Program-made: the position numbers and the translations under genes
Assembly (NCBI RefSeq): GCF_004010195.1
Contig: NC_057718.1
Span: 21,998,670-22,036,702 of the forward strand
Direction: 5' to 3'
Length of the DNA stretch: 38,033 nt
DNA from: Chiloscyllium plagiosum
Lineage: Eukaryota
Notes under the pieces: generated by a model
What the model was told of the DNA's origin: nothing
Database searches by the model: none
What the model saw: only the letters and a program-made list of their open reading frames with translations
Shown: piece by piece, positions 1-11,985 of the stretch
Layout of the letters: the number at the start of each line of letters is the position of its first letter
Numbering within the stretch: position 1 is the stretch's first letter

Positions 1-1170
1 ATGGACTTCAGTAAGGCGTTCGACAAGGTTCCCCATGGGAGACTGATTAGCAAGGTGAGATCTCATGGAATACAGGTAGAACTAGCCATTTGGATACAGA
101 ACTGGCTCAAAGGTAGAAGACAGAGAGTGGTGGTGGAGGGTTGCTTTTCAGACTGTGACCAGTGGAGTGCTACAAGGATCGGTGCTGGGCCCTCTACTTT
201 TTGTCATTTATATAAATGTTTTGGATGCGAGCATAAGAGGTATGGTTAGTAAGTTTGCAGATGACACCAAAACTGGAGGTGTAGTGAACAGTCAAGAGGG
301 TTACCTCAGATTAAAACAGAATCTGGACCAGATGGTCAATGGGCTGAGAAGTGGCAGACGGAGTTTAATTCAGATAAATGTGAGGTGCTGCATTTTGGGA
401 AAGCAAATCTTTGCAGGATGTATACACTTAATGGTAAGGTCCTAGGGAGTGTTGCTGAACAAAGAGACCTTGGAGTGCAGGTTCATAGCTCTTTGAAAGT
501 GGAGTCGCAGGTAGATAGGATAGTGAAGAAGGCGTTTGGTATGCTTTCCTTTATTGGTCAGAGTACTGAGTACAGGAGTTGGGAGGTCATGTTGCGGCTG
601 TACAGGACATTGATTAGGCCACTGTTGGAATATTGTGTGCAATTCTTGTCTCCTTCCTGTCGGAAAGACGTTGTAAAACTTGAAAGGGTTCAGAAAAGAT
701 TACAAGGATGTTGCCAGGATTGGAGTATCTGAGCTACAGGGAGAGGCTGAACAGGCTGGGGCTGTTTTCCCTGGAGCGTCGGAGGCTGATGGGTAACCTT
801 ATAGAGGTTTACAAAATTATGAGGAGCATGGATAGGATAAATACACAAAGTCATTTCCCTGGGGTCAGGGAGTCCAGAACTAGACGGCATAGGTTTAGGG
901 TGAGAGGGGAAAGATATAAAAGAGACCTAAGGGGCAACTTTTTTACGCAGTGGGTGGTATCTGTATGGACTGAGCTGCCAGAGGTTGTGGTGGAGGCTGG
1001 TACAATTGCAACATTTAAGAGGCATTGGATGGGCATATGAATAGGAAGGGTTTGGAGGGATATGGGCCGGGTGCTGGCAGGTGGGACTAGATTGAGTTGG
1101 GATATCTGGTCGGCATGGACGGGTTGGACCGAAGGGTCTGTTCCCATGCTGTACATCTCTATGACTCCAT
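1..1170 (+). mobile_element. CR1-clade LINE (HER1-like), 3' part of ORF2 RT plus 3' tail, frameshifted
   Basis: DFSKAFDKVPH, SGVLQGSVLGPLLF, KFADDTK and LERVQKR motifs in shifting frames; tail catctctatgactc. Confidence 0.95.
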
Positions 1171-1212
1171 AATACTTGTATTATGCTATCATGGTGTTAA
1201 AATTATACTCAC

Positions 1213-1301
1213 CAATAGTCATTATCAGAAAGGTTCACTCGTTGAAGCACTGTCAAAAGGCAAGTAACTGTCTCTTCTTGGCCAAGGGTTCCAGAGAAGG
1301 C
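1213..1301 (-). CDS. HEATR1: HEATR1 exon 14: AFSGTLGQEETVTCLLTVLQRVNLSDNDYW (gene continues beyond the left edge of the window)
   Basis: ttttgtag|GCC...TG|gtgagt; 89 nt; in frame with exon 13. Confidence 0.9.
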
Positions 1302-1852
1302 CTACAAAAGGATCAGAACAAAATAAAAAATTTAGCATTCGTATTTAGCCTTTCATCAAGCAAGAGGATAACACCTTAAGATAACACAGGACTGCATCTG
1401 GCCCTAGCTGTCACTGGTGATTAATGTGCATCAATTTATAAACATACTAGAACTGACCAGTTATGTACAGCATTAGTTATGGCCATCTTCTAGTCTGGAG
1501 CATGGTTGTGATCTTCAGCTGCTATGAATAAGCCATGCATCCTTTTAAGGCCACATACCAAGGACTCCTTATTGAGGGAAGTAGCCTAGAAAAGCAAACT
1601 GGAGCTACTTTTACAGTGAACAGAGAACAAATACTGTGCTTGTAAATTTTGGATTATGGGGTCATTTTGCAATTCCGTTCAAGTGCAAAACTTTCATCCT
1701 TGGGGTATGTTCGGTGCACATTAAGTACCAAGATATTTGTTAGATAATGCTGCCTGTGAATTGACTTGAAACACATTGATATCATGAAACGTATGCTCTG
1801 TTCTGATATTTAAATAAGTGGAGTAGCTATGAAAAAAACATATACAACTCAC

Positions 1853-1948
1853 CTCCAGAGCTTGCATAGCGACCAGAACTACCTCTAGACTGTCATCTTT
1901 CAAACGCTCTAAAATTGCTTCCTTCAGAAAAAGATCATCACATCCCTC
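1853..1948 (-). CDS. HEATR1: HEATR1 exon 13: EGCDDLFLKEAILERLKDDSLEVVLVAMQALE
   Basis: cgaag|GAG...GAG|gtgagt; 96 nt; resembles the recalled human EGVDESFIKEAVLARLGDDNIDVVL. Confidence 0.94.
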
Positions 1949-2931
1949 CTTCGAAATAAAATGAGTATATAAATAAATTTAAAATGGTGCGTCGTCCTGT
2001 GATCAAACAGCTATATCTTCAAATCCTTCCACAAGTATTCTAGTGCCCATAATATTACATGTTTTACCATGCTGCATACATCGTAGGGACCATAAACCTT
2101 TAAAGAGACAGCTGGACACTCAATAATTAAATGACAGAACTATGCCATAATATTCCGCGTTTTAAATAAAAACAAAGATTACTGTGTGCTACAACTCAAA
2201 GACTGATGCCTTCCAAAGTGCTTAGTGGATCTCGATCAGGAATTCCCCTAGTCCCTGTCCTCCTTGCTCCAACTACCAGCAAATATACAAGTGCTCTTGC
2301 ACAACCTTTCAAGCTGATTTGTTGGCAGTTTCCCTCTCTGCAAGGAAGCTGCATACCACGTGGGACCAAACCTGTGACAACACTTTGAATGCGCTGGTGA
2401 ATCTAAACAGTTAACTTTCAATCACTGAAGCTGTATTATTGAAGGTGCCTTGTTCTTAAAATACCTCTAACAAATTTGATTTAGACAGTCAGGTGTTATA
2501 TATTTTCTTCCCCCTAGGAAATCCAGGGGAAACGACTTAACTAACTTAGCAATTAATTTCAAAGAGGACTTTATTTCACTCAATCTCTTTAATGGCTTAA
2601 CTCGCACCTCAAGACTGTTCAAACTGAAGAAAGCCAAGGAACCTCATGTATCTTTGCAATTGGTCTGGATTCAGAATCACCAGCAATTAACAACATGGTA
2701 ACTTCACAAACATGTAGCTAGTTGTTCTAATTATAATTTCTGAATACATTTTGCATACTTAAAAATGTTGTAAATTCACCATGTTAAAATAATTTATTTG
2801 TCTTATGGCATTCATTGGAACTACTAGAGTTACTTTGCATAGTTTCTGCACTTTTGGAAATGCTGAAAATTCTTGAAGCTTAAGATGAATAATGCAATAA
2901 AAATTCAATTAATTTTTAAACCTTGGAATAC

Positions 2932-3039
2932 CTGTGATGTTTTAATGATTTCCTTCAAGCGTTCAACAGCAAATATTCTGATTGTAGGCTGTGGGTGATT
3001 CAGACTCAGCAACAAAGATGTGTTAGAATCTGCCAACAA
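2932..3039 (-). CDS. HEATR1: HEATR1 exon 12: LLADSNTSLLLSLNHPQPTIRIFAVERLKEIIKTSQ
   Basis: tttag|TTG...CAG|gtattc; 108 nt; LADS.TSL.LSLNHP motif. Confidence 0.94.
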
Positions 3040-3494
3040 CTAAAATAAAAATTAAGCTCAGTTAGGAATTTCACGGCCCTTTTAGTTTTACCTTTCCCCC
3101 CACACCCACCACTTTACCTACTCCTAAAGGCTTTGACTAGTTTCTGGGGCATGATTCCAGAGATCCCATAATTAAATGTTCTTATTCATTTGAGTATGTA
3201 CACAGATTGATAACATACTACTCAAACATAGGAAGGCACACATTATAACCAATTCTATTCTTTCTGTGAGATTTATTGATAGCAATTGGAAAGAAGAACT
3301 CCCATTGTCTATCCCCCATCCTAACCCAATACCACTAATGCTAATAAGAAGATACACAGCTAATGTGCCTGTGGCTGATACGAATGAAACATTCACAGGT
3401 GACAATGGAGCCTCTAACCCTGCTGTTCTCCATCACCCTGGATAAGAAATACTATTGTAAGGAAAACAACATAGTTTATTTATTTTTTAAATGA

Positions 3495-3790
3495 AAGAAA
3501 CAGCCAATTAAGTACTTTTATGGTGTAATAACTATTAAAACAAAGGAAACGTTGTAGACAATTTATGCATAGCATACTCTCACAAAGAGTTAAATATTAA
3601 GCAGTTCTTTTGGAAAACACCTTTTGCTTCTCAAAGTAGTGCTTGTGAACTTTTATGTTCACCAAATGACGCAGATGTCTGTCAGCTGGAGTACAGTAGT
3701 TCTGACAGTACAATATGCAATGTCAACCTACTTTCATCATGCTCAAGTTTCAGGAACTGTGCAGTAGCCCAAAACCTTCAAACTTCGAAA
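3495..3790 (-). mobile_element. Old Deu-domain SINE (SacSINE1-like) fragment
   Basis: Degenerate reverse-complement similarity to 8560-9140 and to the recalled Deu-SINE consensus. Confidence 0.45.
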
Positions 3791-4626
3791 TTAAGAATGA
3801 AGGAATCCCAAGGATGAAGAACTAGAACGCAGGGCATGAATTACGTTTCAACAACACTATTAAGTAGTGGTTCGGTGATCGGGATTGCAAGGAGGAGGAA
3901 ATAAGAAAAGAAATAATGAAATCCATTATTTTGATGATCCGGGAAAGAATGAATCTTGATGGAAGTGAGGATGCAAACAGCAGGAAGGCTAGGTAAACCA
4001 GTGTATATGGATTTAACTCCAACCCAGTTGTGACATTAAGCCAGCCCAGGGCAGGGACAAGGTAAGCTCCTTAAAACTAAAGCATCCACAACTCTGTTCC
4101 AACAAAATATGTCTACATCCACCTAGTTGCACAACCCAATTGCATTAGTGTGTACTTTCAATTCCTGTCCCAACTGCTGTGATCCCTCAGGGAGAATTCT
4201 CACAACAAGGGCCCAATAGACTGGGAATACAGTTGTTCAAACTTGGTCAGATCAATGCAGCAGCTTGGTTGCCTCTGAGGCCTAAACTTTCAGGTTGCCA
4301 CATGATCCCACCTCAATCCTCCTCCCATTTTGAAAATGTCTTGATGTTATAGTTTATACGATGCAAGAGCTGGGAAAGAAATGCTTATCGTGCATGTTGA
4401 AAGTAATAGTTTTAGATTTGGTGAACAGCAGCATATCATTCTGCATGGTACACCAAATGTCATTTTATAAGAAATACATGCAACCAAAATAAACGTTTTT
4501 GTAAAATGATAATCCCACAGTTGCATATTTAATTGTGAAACAGATAGTTGAATGATGAAATTTACTGCAAAGTCATTTTTCTCTTTAATAGTTCCTATTG
4601 AGCCTGGGTCTAAAATCTTATATTAC

Positions 4627-4744
4627 CTGATGCTTGGCACTGTTCAATGACAGAGAAACAAACTGGTGAAAGATGTCTTGCTCACGCTGGGTTTTGACTT
4701 TTTTCAATTGTTCTTCCAAGACTATATCATAAACGTTAGAATAC
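4627..4744 (-). CDS. HEATR1: HEATR1 exon 11: YSNVYDIVLEEQLKKVKTQREQDIFHQFVSLSLNSAKHQ
   Basis: gaag|G...CAG|gtaata; 118 nt; FHQFVSLS motif. Confidence 0.93.
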
Positions 4745-5176
4745 CTTCATGTAAACAGAAAAGCAAGTCTTTAAATAGAAGTCACAAACAAAGCAACATT
4801 AAGATAGTTGCATTTTTGAAAGAGCATTTAACACAATAGGTCGAAAAGAAAAATTATGCTAGCCTTAAACGCTTACAAAAGCAATTGTTTTACAAAACAA
4901 AAAAAGGTTTCTATATTTTGCAATATATTCTTTTTAAGAAGAGGGCTAATAGGTAATCTGCTGCAAATACCAATTCAACTACAAGTTGGGAATGAGGAGA
5001 TCCCAGTTTACTCATTGTGCCCAGTTTAATTCCCTTCCAATGCAAGGAAAGCATCTGGACTCAACTTAGCATTCTCCAGAGTAAAATGACTGAGAAAAGC
5101 AACACATGGGAATCTTTGCTCCAACCTGCTTGGCAATCATGCCACATCCAAAATAGGAATTCTTTACTTTGCTTAC

Positions 5177-5284
5177 TTTGCTTCCATGAGTCTGACCACG
5201 GGCATTATTTCTTTATTTAAAGCAGAAAGACTGTCAGAGTTTATATTCTCTGTCCAATGGGAAATGTACTCCTCAAGAAGCACA
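5177..5284 (-). CDS. HEATR1: HEATR1 exon 10: VLLEEYISHWTENINSDSLSALNKEIMPVVRLMEAK
   Basis: ttctag|T...AA|gtaagc; 108 nt. Confidence 0.92.
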
Positions 5285-6372
5285 CTAGAATAAAGAAAAA
5301 CAGTAAGATGTAGTGTGATTGAAAAACAAGGATAAAGATAAACGAACCATAGTAGTAAATCCCTACTCAATTACAGTCAGACATTTATCATGATAAACCC
5401 CACCAAAGGATTCCTGTCTACAAGCCCCTGTAGAAGACAGTTATGATTAACAGCTGCAATAACAGATTATTTGGCAAATTTATCAAATAGCAAATCTCTT
5501 CTAAAGATTTTACCACAAGTAATCCATCACATAATAATTCAGGACAACAATGTCCTGATGTTAACAAACTTTAAATAAAACACAAAACAAAGTAATTTAT
5601 GAATCCCCTAATTAGATCACCATATTACGTTTGGGTATTTTTCTCTATTATTCTGTTTGCAATCTTCAGATTACAATTATTCTAATTTATGGTTTTTCTT
5701 GGACAAAATTATTTTTGTCTTTGCATCAAACAATTTGAAGTGTGTGCAACCTGCAAAGCAAAAGAAATGACATTGGGACTGTGTTTTCAATTAACACCAT
5801 AAACATGTTCAGCATTTATTTTTAATAAAGAAACTGTCACAACCAAATAACATGGTCCAGCGTATGCATTAGGATGCAACAGGGGGAAGTCAGCAAATGT
5901 TAAATTTACAAGGTTTAAAGTTGGGAGTAGAAAATCAAATTGGTGTGTGGAATGAGTAAGGTTATATATGAAAGGATCAAATGAAGGAGAAAAGCTTAGT
6001 GTAGAGGAGACAAGAGAATTTCTAATACCGGAGATGCCAGACCTTGCATAAACAGCCAGAGGGTATTTAAGATGAATGATCAGAAGATGGATGTAGAGTT
6101 AGAGATTTTTTCTGAATTGTTGCACGCATGAATGAATGCTATCAATTTTATTTTTCAGCATGTTGTGAGACAAGGAGGGAATTGCAGGAGAGGGGCATTG
6201 TCTCATTCAAGTTTTTGGGAAGGACTGAAGTGAAAACTCATTTGCGAACAAAAATCAGCCAACGAAAGACAAGAAACACTGGAAATGAAATACTTAATTC
6301 CTGAAAAATCAAACAAACCAAGAATTACAAGAATTGCCATTATAGATACAGAAATACATTAATGATCTTTAC

Positions 6373-6487
6373 TTGGCTACAATTTGGTCCAGGTTGCTCT
6401 CTAATGCAACATTCTGAAGTATGCCTTCCAGAAGTTGGATGTGGGTTGGGCCATCAGAACGTTCTTCCTGCTCTTCAGGCATTTCAG
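6373..6487 (-). CDS. HEATR1: HEATR1 exon 9: EMPEEQEERSDGPTHIQLLEGILQNVALESNLDQIVA
   Basis: ctcctcag|CT...AA|gtaaag; 115 nt; phases 1/2 fit neighbours. Confidence 0.9.
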
Positions 6488-6849
6488 CTGAGGAGATAAA
6501 CGAATACATGAGACACACAGAGTTTATATCAGTCATTGTTGTGCAGGAAAACAGAGCTGATAAATCTAAGAGGTAAAATGAATCAAGTATACTATCCTCT
6601 TACCTCCGGCAGCAAGAAACAAATTTGGGCCAGAGGATAGGAGCATTAAATAACAATCGACAATTCTTTAATTAGTTTTCACTACACATTAGTGTACAGC
6701 ATAAAGCTTCATAATTCAGCACAAAGACTGTGACTTAGAGCTCAAAAGAGAGTTAATACAGAGAACAGAAGTATCATAATAGCAGCACGAGGGGTGTTCT
6801 TCACCACATGCCTAACAAATCTGAGAGAATGCTTTGAGGAGGTAAAAAC

Positions 6850-7535
6850 ATGTTAGACAAAGCAAAACCAATGGATTTCCAGAAGGCCTTTGACAAAGTG
6901 CCTCTCAGGAAGTTGCAAATTAAGATAACATCCCATGGTGTTAGGGCAAGGTAGTGGCATGGATAGAAGCTTGGCTGACAGGCAGAAGGCAAAGAGTGGA
7001 GATAGAGGGTTATTTTCCTGGATGGCAGCCAGTGAGTAGTGGATTTCAACTGGGGTCAATGTTGGGACCATGACTATTCATATTACACATTAATGATCTG
7101 GACGAAGGATCTGAGGGCATTGTTGCTAAGTTGGCAGATGGGCTTTTGCCCGAAATGTCGATTTTCTGCTCCTCAGATGCTGCCTGAACTGCTGTGCTCT
7201 TCCAGCACCACTAATCCAAAAGATGGCACAAAGTGGAGGGGCAGAGAGGTTGCAGAAGGATTTGCTCAGGCAAATCTTTCTGGATCTGAGAATGGGAAAA
7301 GAAGTGGCAAATGGAATACAATGTGGGGAAGTCTAACGTTGTGTGTCTTGGTAGAAAGAATAGAGGCATGGACTATTGTGTAAAAAGGGAAAGGCTGTGG
7401 AAATCTGATGCACAAAGGGACTCAGGAGACCTTGTTCAGGATTCTCTTAAGGTTAACATGCAGATTCAGTTGGCAGTTAGGAAGGCAAATGCAAAGTTAG
7501 TATTCATTTCAAAGGGGCTAGAATACAAGAGCAAG
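6850..7535 (+). mobile_element. CR1 LINE RT fragment, interrupted at 7141-7220
   Basis: MDFQKAFDKVP and later MEYNVGK / LVQDSLKVNMQIQLAVRKAN CR1 motifs. Confidence 0.88.
7141..7220 (+). mobile_element. Penelope-like terminal-repeat fragment inserted into the CR1
   Basis: ggcttttgcccgaaatgtcg...gctgtgctcttccagcaccactaatcc is the same arm sequence as at 8905-8983 and 14757-14838; flanked by agatgg repeats. Confidence 0.8.
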
Positions 7536-8773
7536 TTAACTCTCGTTGGTCAAGGCATTGCAATTGAGAAAATGGAGAAGTAGAGGCTCCACTTCCTTCT
7601 GTGTAAGTAAAAAGCTTAAGACTTGAACATATTCCTTTTGTTTGGAAAGAATAGGTTCCTGCCTATAAACATAGGTGCTTCTAGCAAGTGTAAACAAGCT
7701 ACGCTGTGAATTCGACTGATTGTGTTAAACGGATTGCTACTGGAGCTTTTAGAATTATTCAGCAAGTGTTGCCCAATTGGTAAATCACTTCAAACAGAAA
7801 ACATTTAGTTTTGGGTTTTGCAAGTATGGGCTGGTTGAATATGCTCCTAACTCTGCCTCCCAAGGACAGACAAAAGAATAATTGTTTGATTCAATTAGGT
7901 GATCATTAGGAGTTTCAGTCAACACAGCTGGCAGGTAGAAGTAGGAGGTACTACTGCTCTTCATTGCAATGCCTCAACTGAAGACAAATGCCAACTGATC
8001 AGCATAGCTTTCTTCCTCTAGCATAAATTGTTGTACAGGTTGTACGTGCGAATTCTCTGTAACACGACTGACGAATTGGGGACATTGTTTCTGAAGTGGA
8101 AATTTTTAAAATGTATGTTGGCTGCAACACAATCACATCACCAACATTTTAAGCACTGTTTCTAAAAATTATAACTGTTTCACGTTATAGAAGAACTACC
8201 TGTAATCATTTGGTATTTCCTAATCTTATATTTGTCCTGGACAGTGCAAGACAAAAAGATTCAACATGTTTCTTCCATCAGCAATATTCAAATTCTGCAC
8301 TACCAAGCATCACTTTATAGATTAAAATATGACACTTAGCAACCTATGGCAATATCAGTGTCTTTGAACAAAAAGTCAAGTCACATGGAGAGAGTGAAGC
8401 TCAGGGCTTTAGGGAGAAAATCCTGAGCTTAGGGCCTTGGCAGTGAAAAACATGCCATCAGTTTTGGAGTCTTTATAATTAGGAATATTCAAAAGGCTAG
8501 AATCAGAGTGTACATTAGTAGTATTTTCATAATTAAGTCAGAATGCTAGGGGTTGAAGCCCCAAATTTAAGATGACACTGAGTGCCATACTATACACTGC
8601 TGCATGGTCACAGACACTGTCCTTCAGATGAGGTATTATGTGGGGGCTCTTTGCTTTGGTTAGTGCATATTATTCCTTTGATACTGTTTGAAAAAGGTCA
8701 GCAAATTCTGAGTACATGGGTAACAGTCTCCCCTCAACTAACGGACCAAAAAAATAAACAGACTAATTAGCTA

Positions 8774-8983
8774 GGTAAAAACAATGACTGCAGATGCTGG
8801 AAACCAGATTCTGGATTAGTAGTGCTGGAAGAGCACAGCAGTTCAGGCAGCGTCCAAGAAGCTTTGAAATCGACGTTTCGGGCAAAAGCGATTCCTGATG
8901 AAAGGCTTTTGCCCGAAACGTTGATTTCAAAGCTCCTTGGATGCTGCCTGAACTGCTGTGCTCTTCCAGCACCACTCATCCAG
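8774..8983. mobile_element. Fold-back Penelope-like insertion (inverted terminal-repeat arms), family A
   Basis: Arms of about 80 bp in inverted orientation; 14-bp TSD agac(t/c)aattagcta at 8760-8773 and 8984-8997. Confidence 0.88.
8891..8926 (+). ncRNA. Minimal hammerhead ribozyme motif (slightly decayed)
   Basis: attc-CTGATGA-a-aggc tttt gccc-GAAA-cgtt-gatt: core boxes present, stem II with one mismatch, ACGT palindromic stem III. Confidence 0.55.
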
Positions 8984-9337
8984 AGACCAATTAGCTAATT
9001 CATTGCACTCCTGTCTAAAGGATTTTGCTGTATCTAAAATGATTATCACATCTACCTGTATAATGGCTCTTGCACTTTGAAGAACTTAAATGCCTCGAAA
9101 CATTTGACTGTCATGCTGAAAAGCTACTGAAGTCTTTCATTTAAATAACGGTAAATTTTGTAAAATTGGCATAAAAGAAATCAACAGATTTGACAAAAAT
9201 CAAAACCTTAAGAATGTTAATATCGCTGGGGCAGATAGAGAAAGATGCTTTTGTCCATTGATATCAAGTATCATTTCATCACATATATGTGTAGGAATAC
9301 AGAGCAAGTGTATTAAGTAAATCATTAGAAAATATAC

Positions 9338-9531
9338 CTGTGTCTGGGTGGAGCAGGCTCGATGGGCTGAATGGCTTCGTCTTGCTTCTAATTCTGTTGT
9401 AGCCTTCTGTGATAACGGAATGTATCAGTTTCGGGAGAAAACATTGGAGCAATGGAGAAACATTATACCTAGTATCAATCTCTTGGAGAGTTGTAATGAG
9501 GCCAGGAATATTACAGAGATGATTAAAGGTC
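9338..9531 (-). CDS. HEATR1: HEATR1 exon 8: TFNHLCNIPGLITTLQEIDTRYNVSPLLQCFLPKLIHSVIT followed by an apparent insertion EGYNRIRSKTKPFSPSSLLHPDT
   Basis: Acceptor ttttacag|G; first phase-compatible GT donor after the conserved part is CAG|gtatat at 9337-9336; 194 nt. The donor position is less certain than the acceptor. Confidence 0.85.
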
Positions 9532-10451
9532 CTGTAAAATAAAGAAAGCAATAATCAGATGCTAAAGTAGGAATGTAATTTATGGATCGCGTAGAGTTTT
9601 CTCTCCCGATCAGTCTTAGGAGATAAAAGACATACATCACTTCAGTGACAGAAAATAAAAAAAAGAGATTTTGTGGAAAACGTGGAAGAAAAAGGGCAAT
9701 TACAGCAAACTGAGTAACCACATGGAAGAAAATGATATGGCTGGAACCACTATTTACTGTGGTAGCTGTTTAAATAACTACCAGCATGGATTTTTGTATA
9801 CAATAAACATGTCATGTGTTAGGTTTTTCTGAAACTACTGAATAAAGACTATTTTCTCCAGGATGCAATCTGTAGTTAACTGAAGAATATAAATGAATCC
9901 TTCAGCAATTCTTCAAATGGAGAAATTAGCAAATCACTTTTGATGAACACACAGAAACAGTTAAGCTTCTATTCGGTCTTAGCATATTGATATTCACAAT
10001 GCCTAATTTAAAATGTATGTGGATCTGTGATGAAACAATACCACGATAATAAAAACATACAAAAAATACTGGAAATGCTCAACAGGTCAGAATCCATCTG
10101 TGTACAGAAGCAGAGTTAACATTTCAGGTTAAATTGATGTGTCTTGAGAACTGAAGATAAAATGGGGAGCTATGAACATAGAGAGATTATGGCCCAGTGG
10201 CACGTAGAAACTGAAGTTGGCCAATCAGCCTTTGAGCCTGTTCCACCATTCCATGAGATCATGGTTAATCTGTTGCCTAACTCTATATACCCAACTTTGG
10301 CCCATTTCCCTCAACAGCTTTGCTCAACAAACAAATATCTATTGCAGATTTACAATTTACAACTCATCTAGCATCCACTGCCACTTGTGGAAGAGAGTCC
10401 TAGAAATCTGTGTGTAGAAGTTTGTGGTAATGTCAGCACTATCATAATTGT

Positions 10452-10755
10452 GGGTGGCACGGTGGCACAGTTGTTAGCACTGCTGCCTCACAGCGCCAGA
10501 GACCTGGGTTCAATTCCCGCCTCAGGCGACTGACTGTGTGGAGTTTGCACGTTCTCCCCGTGTCTCCGTGGGTTTCCTCCCACAGTCCAAAGATGTGCAG
10601 GTCAGGTGAATTGGCCATGCTAAATTGCCTGTAGTGTTAGGTAAGGGGTAAATGTAGGGGTATGGGTGGGTTGCGCTTCGGCAGGTCGGTGTGGACTTGT
10701 TGGGCAGAAGGGCCTGTTTCCACACTGTAATGTAATGTAAAAATGTAATGTAATA
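10452..10755 (+). mobile_element. tRNA-derived SINE (HE1/V-SINE-like), full length, (TGTAA)n tail
   Basis: A box tggcacagttg, B box ggttcaattcc, core gtgtggagtttgcacgttctccccgtgtct; 3' end resembles the CR1 tail at about 1115-1155. Confidence 0.92.
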
Positions 10756-10756
10756 T

Positions 10757-11088
10757 AATCCAGAGAACCAGTCTAATGTTCTGAGGATAGCTGGCAGTTC
10801 AAATACCACCATGGCAATTTAACCTCAATTCACAAATTACAAATGTAAAGCTAATCTCTGGAATGGCAAGATTGATTGTCCACTCTCAATAAAACCCTTC
10901 TGTTTAATTAAGGTTCTTTAGTGAAGAAAATCCACCATTCTTATCTTGGTCTATGTGCGCTTCCTGATCTACAGCAATATGGTCAACTCTTAACTGCCTT
11001 TTGAAATTGTCCAGCAAGCCACTCATTTGGTGGACAATTAGGAATAGAAAGCAAATACTGGTGTTGTCAGCAATACATCCCATTAAAA
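10757..11088 (+). mobile_element. Old SINE with a LINE-derived tail (same family as 18760-19100)
   Basis: Shares atccagagaa..ctaatgtt, ggtcta.atgt...gatctacagcaatatggt with 18800-19030. Confidence 0.65.
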
Positions 11089-11099
11089 ATAAGGAAGAG

Positions 11100-11985
11100 A
11101 CAGTTTTGAGCCAATGGAGCAGGTGGGATAGCATGAAAAACAAAAGGAAAGGAACATGATAGGCTGGAGGGCAGGAAAAAAAATTACAAAATACTTCATG
11201 ATGCAAAAGCCAAAAAGAGTTGTCATGGGTATAATAAAGAAAAAGATGTATCCAACCAAGGTACGAGTGACTATATCAGTCAACGGAATGAAACATAAAG
11301 GGATAAAGAAAGAAACAAGACAAGACCCACCAGACGGAAAAACAGACAGAACAAAATGGATGCAGAGGTTGTGATCTAAAATTGTGGAACTCAACATTGA
11401 GCCCAAAAGACTGTAGAATGTGAGTTAAAACAATTTAGGTGTCATTCCTTGAACTTGCATTGACCTTCACTGGTGCACATTAACAGGCTTCTGTCACAAG
11501 GTCAGAAAGAGAGCAGCATGAGAAATTAAAATATCAAGCAACAGTACGCTAGGGGTCATATTTGTGGATAGAATGGAAATGTTCTGTAAGACAGTCACTT
11601 AGTCTGCATTTATTTTCCATGATGTGATGGAGACCGCAGTGAATAAAGTGTACTACAATAAAAAGTACAAGTTAACTGCAGTTCCACTTGGAAGGAATGT
11701 TTGGGGCCCTGGATGGTGAGAAGGGAGGGATAAAAGGACATGTGTTCCACCTCACATGCTTGCATGGAATGGGTCAGGGTAAGATGCTTTTGATTGAGGC
11801 ATCACAGTGGTGAAAATGGCAAAGGATGAGCTATGTTGCGCAGAAGGTGAGACAAGGGGCATCCCATCATGCTTCAGGGAGGGAGGGGAAAGATAAGAGT
11901 AGATGTAGAATGGTTCAGACACCATACAGAGCCCTGTCAACGACTGAGATGGTGAGCAATCCTTGTTTACGGAAGATGGAGAAAA
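11100..11985 (-). mobile_element. Decayed Penelope-like ORF 3' end (GIY-YIG endonuclease remnant)
   Basis: Minus strand about 11640-11563 reads CGLHHIMENKCRLSDCLTEHFHSIH, resembling the Penelope CGLLYIGETKRRLGDRFAEH motif. Confidence 0.6.

Larger units (their letters stand above)
8560..9140 (+). mobile_element. Old Deu-domain SINE (SacSINE1-like), split by the 8774-8983 insertion
   Basis: Degenerate match to the recalled Deu core (gtccttcagatgag..., ccctcaactaac..., gggattttgctgt...) on both sides of the insert. Confidence 0.55.

Noticed and set aside
10452..10530. tRNA-like A/B boxes (also at about 12690-12745, 22318, 23462 and 32470-32548)
   Set aside because: They are SINE heads followed by the SINE core and LINE-like tail, not tRNA genes
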